From: Planctomycetota bacterium
GTDB taxonomy: Bacteria; Planctomycetota; SZUA-567; H5-PLA8
Length of the DNA: 64,000 nucleotides
NCBI GenBank assembly: GCA_035628505.1
Contig: DASPJR010000104.1
Location: 1,468-65,467 of the forward strand
Reading direction: 5' to 3'
Every line of letters begins with the position of its first letter. Positions within the stretch are counted from its first letter, which is position 1. Below are positions 1 through 8,931 of this stretch, in pieces. The notes under the pieces are model-generated. The model was given only the letters and a program-made list of their open reading frames with translations. It did not search any database and was not told the origin of the DNA. The position numbers and the translations under genes were made by a program.

Positions 1-1405
1 GATACAATGTAGTCAGTCCAATGCCGAGGATACGCGCGGCGGCTTCCTTGTCGCCGCCCACGGCAGCCAAGGTATGTGTAATCGCGTCACGCTCGATATC
101 TTCCATGCTCGTGCCGACCTTTACACTGAACTGGCCAGCCAGATTGATGCCGCGCTGCTTGCGACCGCCGAGCGCCGGCGGGAGATCTTCCATCTGGATC
201 TCCGGGCCGCGCGCCATCACGACCGCGCGCTCGATGGCGTTGCGGAGCTCGCGAACGTTGCCCGGCCATGAATAGCGCGTTAATGCGGCCAGCGCCTGTG
301 ACGAGAAGCCGTCAAGCTGCTTCTGGTTCTCATTGCAGAACTGCTGCAGGAAATGAGTCGCCAGCAGCGGCACGTCGTTGAGGCGCTCGCGCAGAGGCGG
401 CAGGCGCAGCTGAATGACGCTCAGGCGGTAATAAAGATCCTGCCTGAAGCGCCCGGCTTTTACTTCTGCTTCCAGATCGCGATTGCTGGCCGCCAGAATT
501 CGGACGTCTACCTTGACGGGCTCATTGGAGCCCACGCGCTCGAAAACGCCATTCTCCAGCACGCGCAGCAGCTTGGCCTGCAGCGGCGCGGCCAGCTCAC
601 CGACTTCGTCCAGGAAAATGGTGCTGCCGTGCGCCTTTTCGAAGCGCCCGCTGCGGCGCACGTCGGCGCCGGTAAAGGAGCCCTTCTCGTGGCCAAAGAG
701 TTCAGACTCCAGCAGCGTGTCGACCAGCGCGGCGCAGTTGACCTTCAGCAGCGGCTTGCCCGAGCGGCGGCTGCGTGAATGAATGCCTTCCGCGACCAGT
801 TCCTTGCCGGTTCCCGATTCGCCCAGAATCAGCACGGCGCTCTGCGTCGGTCCGATGCGGTCCAGATCGTCCAAAAGCGTGCGGATGGCGGCGCTTTCGC
901 CGAGAATCACATTCTGGCCGGTGCGGGCGAGTGCTTCGCGCAGTCGCGCGTTTTCGCGGGTCAGGCGCCGGTTGGCCAGTGCGCGCGCAATCACGCGGCG
1001 GATTTCAGAGAGGCTGAATGGTTTGGTCAGGAAGTCGACCACACCGTCGCGCATGGCGCTGACGGCGGCTTCGACCGAAGCCTGCCCGGAAATCATGATG
1101 ACCGGGACGCTTGGCGCGCGCTGGCGCACAAACTGGAAGAACTGCAGGCCGTCCAGATCTGGCATGCGCAAATCGGTGACGATGACATCAATGGGGGAAC
1201 GATCCAGAATGGCCAGAGCTTCGCGAGCGTCTGCGGCGATCAAAACTTTGTAACCGTTCTTATCCAGGGCAAGTTCGAGTGATTCGCGCGTATTGGCATC
1301 GTCGTCAACGACAAGTACGGTCTCCTCGTTGGGAGCCGGATTGGCTGCATCCTCCGCTCGATTGATAGCTGGAACCACCGGGGGTGTGGCCGTGATTTCC
1401 GTCAT
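1..1405 (-). CDS. sigma-54-dependent Fis-family transcriptional regulator (NtrC-type response regulator), C-terminus truncated by window edge
   Basis: Manual reverse-complement translation from ATG at 1405 (AGGAG RBS 8 nt upstream) gives MTEITATPP..VLVVDDDANTRESLELAL..DVIVTDLRMPDLDG (receiver), GESGTGKE Walker A, EKGSFTGA (GAFTGA-like sigma54 contact motif), C-terminal Fis-type HTH region. The reading frame is open to position 1. Absent from the ORF track because no stop codon lies inside the window. Confidence 0.85.
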   Translation of the reverse strand, partial: MTEITATPPVVPAINRAEDAANPAPNEETVLVVDDDANTRESLELALDKNGYKVLIAADAREALAILDRSPIDVIVTDLRMPDLDGLQFFQFVRQRAPSVPVIMISGQASVEAAVSAMRDGVVDFLTKPFSLSEIRRVIARALANRRLTRENARLREALARTGQNVILGESAAIRTLLDDLDRIGPTQSAVLILGESGTGKELVAEGIHSRSRRSGKPLLKVNCAALVDTLLESELFGHEKGSFTGADVRRSGRFEKAHGSTIFLDEVGELAAPLQAKLLRVLENGVFERVGSNEPVKVDVRILAASNRDLEAEVKAGRFRQDLYYRLSVIQLRLPPLRERLNDVPLLATHFLQQFCNENQKQLDGFSSQALAALTRYSWPGNVRELRNAIERAVVMARGPEIQMEDLPPALGGRKQRGINLAGQFSVKVGTSMEDIERDAITHTLAAVGGDKEAAARILGIGLTTLY

Positions 1406-1804
1406 CTCATTCGCTCCTCACATTTGCCCGCACAAATTTACGAAACCGGCAATAGCTACTGTGTACTAATTTCTCAATCTTTTTAAATCGGTTAAGGCGT
1501 GTGTTCTCTAAGCAATGAAGGTGCCAAGTTGGCTATTGCTCTGGCTCGCAGGTCCAAAGCTAAACTTGGCGCAGATTTACCGCATTTACATACCACCGCG
1601 CGATGCTGAAGCGCGTAGGACGGTAACGTTCACCAGAATATTTTACTCGTTTTGCTTTCACATTGAAAATTATTTAGGTGAAAAACTCGCCTGAATGCCA
1701 CGCGAGATTGGCTCCGGCGACACGAATTTCACGTTGTGGCCCGCCTGTTGATGAGCCGAATGTGTCGTCTGTCGTGGTTTTTCAAACCTACTGGACCGCG
1801 CTAC

Positions 1805-2290
1805 ATGCCTGATCTGGATAAGCATTATTCAAACCGGCTCCATTCAGTTCGCGGCTTGTCGAGTGACTCCCCCTCTGACCCGACGAACCTTCGTGCCGCA
1901 CTGCGCGAAGAATTGGATATCAATAGACAAGAACTGGAACGCCTTTACATGGCCGCCGGAGATGTCATCGGCGACTTGCGGTATCCACTGCTCGGCCGCC
2001 TTGCCGAGCTGGGACGTATGTGCACGGCGTTGGAATGGCGCAGTCACAAGCTTGACACCGAAGCACCCGATGCTGACGAGCTGGCTGAAGTGCGTTCCCA
2101 GTTTGCCGAGCTGACATTGCGCTGTGTGGAACTGCGCCAGGAGGCGCAGCTTCTGCTCAATGCGTGGCAGCCGCACCCTGTCCAATCACACGCCGAACGC
2201 AAGCCACGGCGCCTTTCGATGCGCAACCGGATTTCGAGCCGCTCCAGCAGCCGTGCGGTCCGGCCCAATTCGTCCTATTCGTTGCCGTGA
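1805..2290 (+). CDS. hypothetical protein (coiled-coil-like)
   Basis: ORF 1736..2290 in the track. I prefer the internal ATG at 1805 (MPDLDKHYSNRL...). Charged, helix-prone sequence. The 3' end overlaps the convergent PA14 gene by 16 nt. No homology recognised. Confidence 0.4.
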   Translation: MPDLDKHYSNRLHSVRGLSSDSPSDPTNLRAALREELDINRQELERLYMAAGDVIGDLRYPLLGRLAELGRMCTALEWRSHKLDTEAPDADELAEVRSQFAELTLRCVELRQEAQLLLNAWQPHPVQSHAERKPRRLSMRNRISSRSSSRAVRPNSSYSLP

Positions 2291-3576
2291 CTGAGCGACG
2301 CCTCCGGAATGATCTGTTTCGGAATGTCCGGTCCGGACCAGCTCACGTGTATGCATGCATCGCCGTGGCCCTGCGAATAATTTATTTTGATGCGGTGTTT
2401 TCCCGCCTGCAGTGGAATGCTTTCTCCAATTTCCACAGCGCCGTGGCTGCCGTCGTTGTTGACCAGCAGCATATCGCCAAAGTATAGCAGCGATGCGTCA
2501 TCTGAATTTGAATAGAAGGTGTATGTTCCGTCCTTTGGAATTTCCACATAACCGATAAAGCTAACCGTCAGGTTATCTTCGCGGCCGAACGCGTCTTTGT
2601 ACCTGTCCTTATTAAACGAAATCTGCGGCACAACCTTGGATTGAATCTTCTTCAGTCCGCTGATGTTCACTCCAAACAGTGAATCGCCTTCAAAGTTCTT
2701 CTCGTATATGTGCGCCATCAGACCGGGAGTCGTGTTGTCGACCTTGTCTGGTGGCCGCACCGGAAGCGGCGGCAGTGTTTTCAGTTTTTCTGCGGCTTCC
2801 TTGCCGGCTTTGGTGCTCCGGTTCGACTGAACGAACTGTTCCAGACGGCGGCGGTATTCGTACGGGTTGGAACTGCTTTTCTGGATTTCTTCCCAGCGGC
2901 GTTGCGCGGAGCCTTCGCGAATGTCGTCGAGGACGTCTTCAGTGCGCGGCTTGGCTGGCTCAGGCTCGGGGCGTTTTGATTCAACGGGCTTGGGCGTTGT
3001 GTTCGTCGGCGCAACGACGACCGGAGGTTTGGATTCTGGCGTGGCCGGAGCAACTTCCGGCGGGTTCTTTTTCAGTGCTGGCGGCGCCGGGTTCTTACGC
3101 GACATGAGCATGAGGCCGAGCCCGGCCAGCACGACTCCCGCCAGCGCCAGAATCCAGATTGCAGTCTTGCTGCCTTCTGCACTGGGTCGTTCAGCCGAAC
3201 GCGTGGAGGGGACCGTTGTCGCGCGCATCTGTCCACTTCCGATGCGCGGCGGAGCGCCTCGCGAGACCGGCGGGGGCGCGTGCCGCATGCCGGTTCCAGG
3301 CGTGCTGCGTGTGCCGGTCGCTGGATTTGGGCGTTGAGGCGGATTGATGCCGCGGCTGTGCAGTCCGCTGCCTCCGATTTTCGTGGCATGAAATCCGCTT
3401 CCGCCACCGGAGCGCGCAGTATGCTGTCCGCTGGCGCCGGCGGCCGCTTTAGGAACCTTGGTTTCGGCGCAGGCCTTGCAGTAAATCTTCTCACCGATCG
3501 TGACGGATTCGTCGTTGTCGACGCGGATGTTGCAGCCATCGCAGTAATGAATGAACATGAAAGCTGCCCCGCGCAC
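2275..3576 (-). CDS. membrane-anchored PA14-domain protein with N-terminal CxxC..CxxC zinc ribbon
   Basis: N-terminus MFIHYCDGCNIRV..KIYCKAC (4-Cys ribbon), one TM helix (AIWILALAGVVLAGLGLMLM), Pro-rich linker, C-terminal GYVEIPKDGTYTFYSNSDDASLLYFGDMLLVNNDGSHG typical of PA14. The alternative ATG at 3558 gives the same protein minus 6 aa. Confidence 0.75.
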   Translation of the reverse strand: MRGAAFMFIHYCDGCNIRVDNDESVTIGEKIYCKACAETKVPKAAAGASGQHTARSGGGSGFHATKIGGSGLHSRGINPPQRPNPATGTRSTPGTGMRHAPPPVSRGAPPRIGSGQMRATTVPSTRSAERPSAEGSKTAIWILALAGVVLAGLGLMLMSRKNPAPPALKKNPPEVAPATPESKPPVVVAPTNTTPKPVESKRPEPEPAKPRTEDVLDDIREGSAQRRWEEIQKSSSNPYEYRRRLEQFVQSNRSTKAGKEAAEKLKTLPPLPVRPPDKVDNTTPGLMAHIYEKNFEGDSLFGVNISGLKKIQSKVVPQISFNKDRYKDAFGREDNLTVSFIGYVEIPKDGTYTFYSNSDDASLLYFGDMLLVNNDGSHGAVEIGESIPLQAGKHRIKINYSQGHGDACIHVSWSGPDIPKQIIPEASLSHGNE

Positions 3577-3922
3577 TGGTACTGAATGTAGAAGTCCCGT
3601 TATCTTGAGCCGCGGCGATCAGACTACAGACCAGACCGGTGACTCAGACCTCGAGACTCTGTGCTCACTCGCATGAGTCTAGTCCTACGCCTTGGAGGCG
3701 TCAATGTGGAAGGGCTGGCTCATCCGAGAGCCTGGTCCTGGAAATCGCGCCCGTAAAACTTGCATCTGCCAGAACCTGTGTTTAGTATGCCCGCTCACTT
3801 TTTAAAACGCCTGCGCAGCCGTTGTTGGGAACGGCTTAAGAGAGGAACCGCTCGCGTTGGGACCTGCTCTGCTCGGACGTGTCTTATCAATCATGCACGG
3901 CCGAGGAGGGGGAGAGAGGACG

Positions 3923-4783
3923 ATGTCATCTGAGCCGAAGCCAGCCGCCGCACCGATAGGATCGCAGGACCCGCGCCTGCCACCGCCGCTCCCGCCAACT
4001 CCACCAAAGGTGTGGACACCGCGCGCGGGAAAAATTCCCACGGCCAAGCCGCAGGGTTACTTTGCCACACTCGATGAACTTCTGCAGCCGACGCCGGACG
4101 TGCGCCTGTTCCGTTTTACGCTCGATGATTACAGCGAGATAATGCCCTTTCAGGCCGGGCAGTTCATCCAGATGCTCTGCCCCGTGCCCGACAGGGAAAA
4201 ACCCGGGCACTCGAAGAATGTCATCCGTTCGTACTCGATCGCCTCGCCGCCGGAAGAGAAGCGCTTCCTGGAATTCTGCATCAAGCTGGTGATCGACGGC
4301 GCCTTTACCCCGACGCTGTGGAACCTGCGCGTGGGCGACAAGATGGCGTTGCGCGGGCCGTATGGAAAATTCGTCGTGCCCGAGCCCGTACAGAACGATC
4401 TGGTATTCATCGCCGCCGGCACGGGCATCGCGCCGTTCTGGGGAATGATCTACCACCTGCTGCATGCGGGCGTGAAGAGCGACATCGTGCTGCTCTTCGG
4501 CATTCGCTACGAAGACGATGTGATCTACGAAAAGGAGTTCAAGGAGCTGGCCGCGAAGCACCCGAACTTCAAGCCCGTTTTCACGCTCTCGCGGCCGCGC
4601 AATCCGGCAACGTGGTGGGGCGAGAAGGGCTATGTCCAGACGCTGCTTCCCAAGTACGTCAAGAATCCGAAGAACACCAAGGCCTACATCTGTGGATTGA
4701 CGCCGATGATCGAAGCGAGCGTCGAAGAATTGCACAAGCTGGGCATCGGCGACGAGAGCATCCACTACGAACGGTACGATTGA
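3923..4783 (+). CDS. ferredoxin-NADP reductase-like FAD/NAD(P)-binding oxidoreductase
   Basis: RSYSIAS (RxYS FAD motif) and GTGIAP (NAD(P) motif). ATG at 3923 preceded by GGAGGGGGAG RBS. The track ORF starts earlier at TTG 3857. Confidence 0.75.
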   Translation: MSSEPKPAAAPIGSQDPRLPPPLPPTPPKVWTPRAGKIPTAKPQGYFATLDELLQPTPDVRLFRFTLDDYSEIMPFQAGQFIQMLCPVPDREKPGHSKNVIRSYSIASPPEEKRFLEFCIKLVIDGAFTPTLWNLRVGDKMALRGPYGKFVVPEPVQNDLVFIAAGTGIAPFWGMIYHLLHAGVKSDIVLLFGIRYEDDVIYEKEFKELAAKHPNFKPVFTLSRPRNPATWWGEKGYVQTLLPKYVKNPKNTKAYICGLTPMIEASVEELHKLGIGDESIHYERYD

Positions 4784-4892
4784 CGAGTCTGGGCGTCTCG
4801 GAGTTTTGAGTTGGGAGTCGCTGAGTAGGAGTCTTGGAGTGCGGGCGTCTTTGTGTTAGAAGGTTGTCGACCACTCGACAGGAGAATCGCGC

Positions 4893-5399
4893 ATGATCCG
4901 CGTTGGAATTGGCACTGACCGGCACAGGCTCGTCTTTGGCAAAAAGCTGATTCTCGGCGGCGTTAAAGTTGAGGCGCCCAAGGGTGCGTTCGGGCATTCT
5001 GACGCCGATGCGCTCACGCACGCGGTCATCGACGCGCTGCTGGGAGCTGCAGGGCTCGGCGACATTGGCCACCACTTCCCGGACAATGATCCAAAGTTCA
5101 AAGATGCCGATTCCATCGAGCTCCTGAAGAAAACACTGGAGATTCTGTCTCTGGCAGGTTACGCGCCAATCAATATTGACTCTTCTGTTCATCTTGAGCA
5201 GCCCAAGCTGGGCCGGCTGAAGCAGGAGATGGCCGCGACGATCGCCGATGCCTTGAAGATTCCGCGGCACCGTGTGAATGTGAAAGCCAAGACCGGAGAA
5301 GGCATGGATGCGGTCGGAAAAGGCGACTGCGTCGAAGCGTTTGCCATCGCGCAAGTCGAATCCGTTCGCGAACATACGTCAATGCTGCCCAAGCCTTAA
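4893..5399 (+). CDS. ispF: 2-C-methyl-D-erythritol 2,4-cyclodiphosphate synthase
   Basis: MIRVGIGTDRHRL..GHSDADALTHA..GDIG..FPDNDPKFKDADS. Full-length IspF signature, 168 aa. Confidence 0.9.
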   Translation: MIRVGIGTDRHRLVFGKKLILGGVKVEAPKGAFGHSDADALTHAVIDALLGAAGLGDIGHHFPDNDPKFKDADSIELLKKTLEILSLAGYAPINIDSSVHLEQPKLGRLKQEMAATIADALKIPRHRVNVKAKTGEGMDAVGKGDCVEAFAIAQVESVREHTSMLPKP

Positions 5400-5490
5400 A
5401 ATGATGCGCTCTCAGAAAAGAACTCCCGCGCGTCTGTAAAAACGCGTAGTGTTCCACTATCCGGCAGCGGGACCGCGCGAGAGACGCTTT

Positions 5491-6147
5491 ATGGGTGTGA
5501 CAACCACACATGCCGCCATGTACGATCCCATCCGCGCATGGCTGCAGCGTTCAACGCAAACGTCCATTCAGGTCAGCCTCGTGTGGGCCGGAGCGACAAT
5601 CGCTTTCGGCGTCGCACTGCTGTGCCTGACCTTCATTATTGTTTACGCGCTTTCCGGACTGATCTTCCCGACGTCACCAACGATGCGCCTGATCACCGCG
5701 GTGCTGGGTGTCATTGCGACGTTTGTAGGCAATGCGTTTTTCAGCCAGACGTTGAGTGCCGCTGTAAACAAATCCGCTGGAATCGGGCCCGGATCGGTCA
5801 AGCCCGGCAATCAGAACAACGACAGCGCACAGACCTTTTTCCGCCTGATCGCCACACTTCTTTTCTGCGGGCCCAAAGCCATCTCTTTCGGCATGTCGAT
5901 GGCTGAAAAAGCCAAGCGCATGAAGAAGATGGATTTTGATGGTTGCGCCGCGGTGCTCGTGCTGCTGCTCTCCCGCGACTCGCGCGTGCCCTACTCTGAA
6001 ATCAAAGCACGCATACCGAAGCTGGACACGCTGGCGGTCTTCGCCCAGATGGAAGATATCGACGGCGTACTCTTTCTGGATTCGGATCCGCCGGGGCTGT
6101 CGCTGTCTGAAGCGCTGAGACGCGAGCTTTCGCTATTCAAAAATTAA
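5491..6147 (+). CDS. hypothetical membrane protein
   Basis: Track ORF 5449..6147. ATG at 5491 chosen. Contains 3-4 predicted TM helices. No recognised family. Confidence 0.45.
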   Translation: MGVTTTHAAMYDPIRAWLQRSTQTSIQVSLVWAGATIAFGVALLCLTFIIVYALSGLIFPTSPTMRLITAVLGVIATFVGNAFFSQTLSAAVNKSAGIGPGSVKPGNQNNDSAQTFFRLIATLLFCGPKAISFGMSMAEKAKRMKKMDFDGCAAVLVLLLSRDSRVPYSEIKARIPKLDTLAVFAQMEDIDGVLFLDSDPPGLSLSEALRRELSLFKN

Positions 6148-6202
6148 AAAATAAGTGAGCGTCTAAGCTGCCAACGCGCCGCCACAAGAGCCAAGAGCTG
6201 CC

Positions 6203-7273
6203 TCAATTCGCGCTGTCTTTATAGATACGCCCATCAACCACGCGCGCAAACTCGCTCCAGGAGCTGTCATTCCCGCTGGCCCGCTCGCGTTCGATGATCG
6301 ACTGAATGCCCTGCACTTTCGCGTCCAGACATTCAAGATGGTGGAGCGCGACGGCTTCGCCGGTGACCGGCGTGACAGGGCTTCCGAATTCATGCGTGCC
6401 GTGGTGGCTGAGAATCATGTGCAGGATGAGATCGCGCTTCTTCTGCGGGAAATCTCCGAGCTTCACGATAGTGCGCTCGACCAGCAGGGCCCCGAGGACG
6501 ATGTGGCCACAGAGTTTTCCAGTGTCCGTGTAGCTGAAGCCCGGACCTGAATCGAGCTCTTCAATTTTGCCGATGTCGTGCAGAATCACGCCGGCCATCA
6601 GCAGATCTCGGTTGAGGAACGGGCGCTGTTCGGCGATCGCCTGCGCGGTCTTGCAGGCCGAAAGCACGTGCTCCATCAGTCCGCCGATCCAGGCATGATG
6701 CACCGACGCCGCGGCCGGGCCCTTGCGGAATTTTGCGCGCACGACCGGGTCTGAGAAGATTGCCACGAGCAGGCGTTTGTAGTCGGGGTCTTTAAACGTC
6801 TCGAGCAGCGCATCGAATTCGCCGTCCATTTCGTCCAGCGGGCGCACGGACACGGGCAGAAAATCGGCCGCGTTGATGCCTTCGCCGCTGCACTCCTGAA
6901 CCGAAAAAGCGATCATCTGCATCGCATTTTTATAGGTCTCAACTCGGCCGCGGACCTTGATGTAACCAGAGACTTTGTAGCAGGTGAAATCGGTTTCGGT
7001 CGCGTCCCACTGCCGGACAGGAACGGTGCCCGTTTTATCCGCGAACGTGGCCTGGATGTATTTCGAGCCATTCTTCGCGACACGAATCGTCGCTTCCGAG
7101 ACGAGATAAATGCCTTCGATCTCCTGGCCGGCGACGAAATCCTTCACGCAAACGCGTTCGGCCTTGCGCGGGGCATTCACGACGGGCCCGGCAGCGCGCG
7201 GACGGGGCGGGGCGCCTTTGGCGGTTGTCTGGGGCTGCAAATCGTCAGGAAAAAGATCACCGAGTCGGGCCAT
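6203..7273 (-). CDS. YhaM-like 3'-5' exoribonuclease (OB-fold + HD domain)
   Basis: N-terminal OB-fold (KDFVAGQEIEGIYLV..RVAKNGSKYIQATFADKTG) followed by an HD phosphohydrolase domain (HHAWIGGLMEHVL..ILHDIGK..LSHHG). Confidence 0.7.
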   Translation of the reverse strand: MARLGDLFPDDLQPQTTAKGAPPRPRAAGPVVNAPRKAERVCVKDFVAGQEIEGIYLVSEATIRVAKNGSKYIQATFADKTGTVPVRQWDATETDFTCYKVSGYIKVRGRVETYKNAMQMIAFSVQECSGEGINAADFLPVSVRPLDEMDGEFDALLETFKDPDYKRLLVAIFSDPVVRAKFRKGPAAASVHHAWIGGLMEHVLSACKTAQAIAEQRPFLNRDLLMAGVILHDIGKIEELDSGPGFSYTDTGKLCGHIVLGALLVERTIVKLGDFPQKKRDLILHMILSHHGTHEFGSPVTPVTGEAVALHHLECLDAKVQGIQSIIERERASGNDSSWSEFARVVDGRIYKDSAN

Positions 7274-7350
7274 AACTTCTCCGGGGTTGAAGGTCAGGAA
7301 ACAAAATAAGGCGCGCGCAGGCTAAACGCAAAACGTAATGCCGCGAACAC

Positions 7351-7974
7351 TCAGATTTTATCCACATAAAAGAGGTGCCACCAGCGCGGGCAGTTTCGGT
7401 CGACCTGCTTGTGTGGAAGAAAATCAAAATCGGCCATCGCCAGCGGCGAGGGCGGCAGCGGCGCCGATTCGCGCGTCATCTCTTCGAGCGCCGGAATCGA
7501 GAGGATCAAGCGTCCGCCGGGCATCAGCAGGGAGAGCAGTTTGTCGACCTTCTCTTTCAGGTGCGGCCGCACTTCTTTGATGTGATCGAGCGTCTCGGTG
7601 CAGATCACGCCCGAACACGATCCCGGCGCAATGCCCGGCTCATCGACCGTGCCTGTCTGGAAGCTGCAGTTTGGAAGAGGGTGCTCCGTCAGCAGCTGTT
7701 TTCCGACGTTCAGCCGCGTCTCGTCCGGATCGATCCCGACCACCTCCGCGCGCGGCTTTTTCCACGCCAGGTTCAGCGTGAGAATGCCATAGCTGCAGCC
7801 GATGTCGGCGATCTTTCCCTGGTGCGGCGCCAGGCGCAGCATGCATTGCATGCGGTGCATGGCCACCCAGTGAATGGGCTGAAAGACGCCCTGCGCGGCC
7901 TGGACGTGTCCTTTCCAGATCCCAGTGTTGCGGTCGAGAAAAATCCAGGCGTCTTTGACTTCTTGAATGGCCAT
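7351..7974 (-). CDS. class I SAM-dependent methyltransferase
   Basis: Motif I IADIGCSYG, motif post-I VGIDPD, LMPGGRLILS. Rossmann methyltransferase fold. Confidence 0.75.
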   Translation of the reverse strand: MAIQEVKDAWIFLDRNTGIWKGHVQAAQGVFQPIHWVAMHRMQCMLRLAPHQGKIADIGCSYGILTLNLAWKKPRAEVVGIDPDETRLNVGKQLLTEHPLPNCSFQTGTVDEPGIAPGSCSGVICTETLDHIKEVRPHLKEKVDKLLSLLMPGGRLILSIPALEEMTRESAPLPPSPLAMADFDFLPHKQVDRNCPRWWHLFYVDKI

Positions 7975-8064
7975 GAACGGCTCCTGCGGTGGTGGCTCTT
8001 AGCTCTTAGCTCTTGGTTGCGAAGCGTAAACGATACTGCTTAATCGAAAATTCCAAAATACGGA

Positions 8065-8823
8065 TCAGGTTCCTTTTGCCAGGCGCTCGGCCAGTGACGG
8101 ATCGAGTTCCGGGCAGGCGAGAATCTTCTGCTGCGTTTTGGTGAAATCGTATGTGACACGGAAAAATCGGAAGCCATCGGGTTCCAGAACCACGTAGCAC
8201 GCGCGGGGATCCTTGTCGCGGGGCTGGCCGACCGATCCGACGTTCACCATGACGCGTTTTTTGAAATCAAACTTGCGTCCCGGCTCGGCACTGGCGTACG
8301 AGTCCTCGAACCAAACGCCCGGCTGGTGCGAATGCCCAAAGAAGAAAGCGCGCAATGCCGGGTACTTGGCGAATCCCGCATCGGCTTCGGTGCGGCTGCG
8401 CACGTAGCGCCACGAACCCGGCTGAGCCGGCGTATCGTGGACGAACATGATGTCGCTGACGATGCGTACCGGCTTGAGCTGCTGCAAGTAGTCCCACTGT
8501 TCCTTGCGCTGCTGGTAAAGGCCCGGGCGCAAAAAAGAGCGCGGCATCTGTTCGGGATCGATCTGTTTGCGCGTCCACAGCGACGCGCGAGCCGCGGCGG
8601 CATTGAACGTTTTCGGGGGACCCTTCAGACAGGCCTCGTCGTGGTTGCCCAGCAGGCAGAACTCGCACTTCTTGATGAACTCGAGCACTTCGGCCGGGTT
8701 GGGGCCGTAGCCGACGATATCGCCGAGGAAAAAAATACGCTTGATGCCGCGCTGGTTCAGATCGTCGTACACGGCCTGCAGCGCCTCAATGTTGGCGTGG
8801 ACATCTGAAAGAATGGCGATCAT
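8065..8823 (-). CDS. calcineurin-like metallophosphoesterase
   Basis: MIAILSDVHAN..LGDIVGYGP..GNHDE..FGHSH. Canonical MPP metal-binding motifs. Confidence 0.8.
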   Translation of the reverse strand: MIAILSDVHANIEALQAVYDDLNQRGIKRIFFLGDIVGYGPNPAEVLEFIKKCEFCLLGNHDEACLKGPPKTFNAAAARASLWTRKQIDPEQMPRSFLRPGLYQQRKEQWDYLQQLKPVRIVSDIMFVHDTPAQPGSWRYVRSRTEADAGFAKYPALRAFFFGHSHQPGVWFEDSYASAEPGRKFDFKKRVMVNVGSVGQPRDKDPRACYVVLEPDGFRFFRVTYDFTKTQQKILACPELDPSLAERLAKGT

Positions 8824-8931
8824 TGCCGCATCTTAAGCCGCCCGCGCATTTTGTTCAAAAATCTTTACTGGCACGAGCACAGTGCCGCGGATACACCGGT
8901 GCGCTGTCTGAAATCCCCTGAAGGCAGGATT

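Noticed and set aside
1411-1804. sigma-54 (-24/-12) promoter next to the NtrC-type regulator
   Set aside because: Several TGGC-containing candidates were checked. None has GG and GC at the required 10-nt spacing.
8869-8886. sigma-54 promoter TGGCACGAGCACAGTGCC in the divergent region upstream of the GH13 gene
   Set aside because: The GG..GC spacing is 12 rather than 10 and the -12 TTGC is missing. More likely a simple palindrome GGCAC-N7-GTGCC (possible regulator site) than an RpoN promoter.
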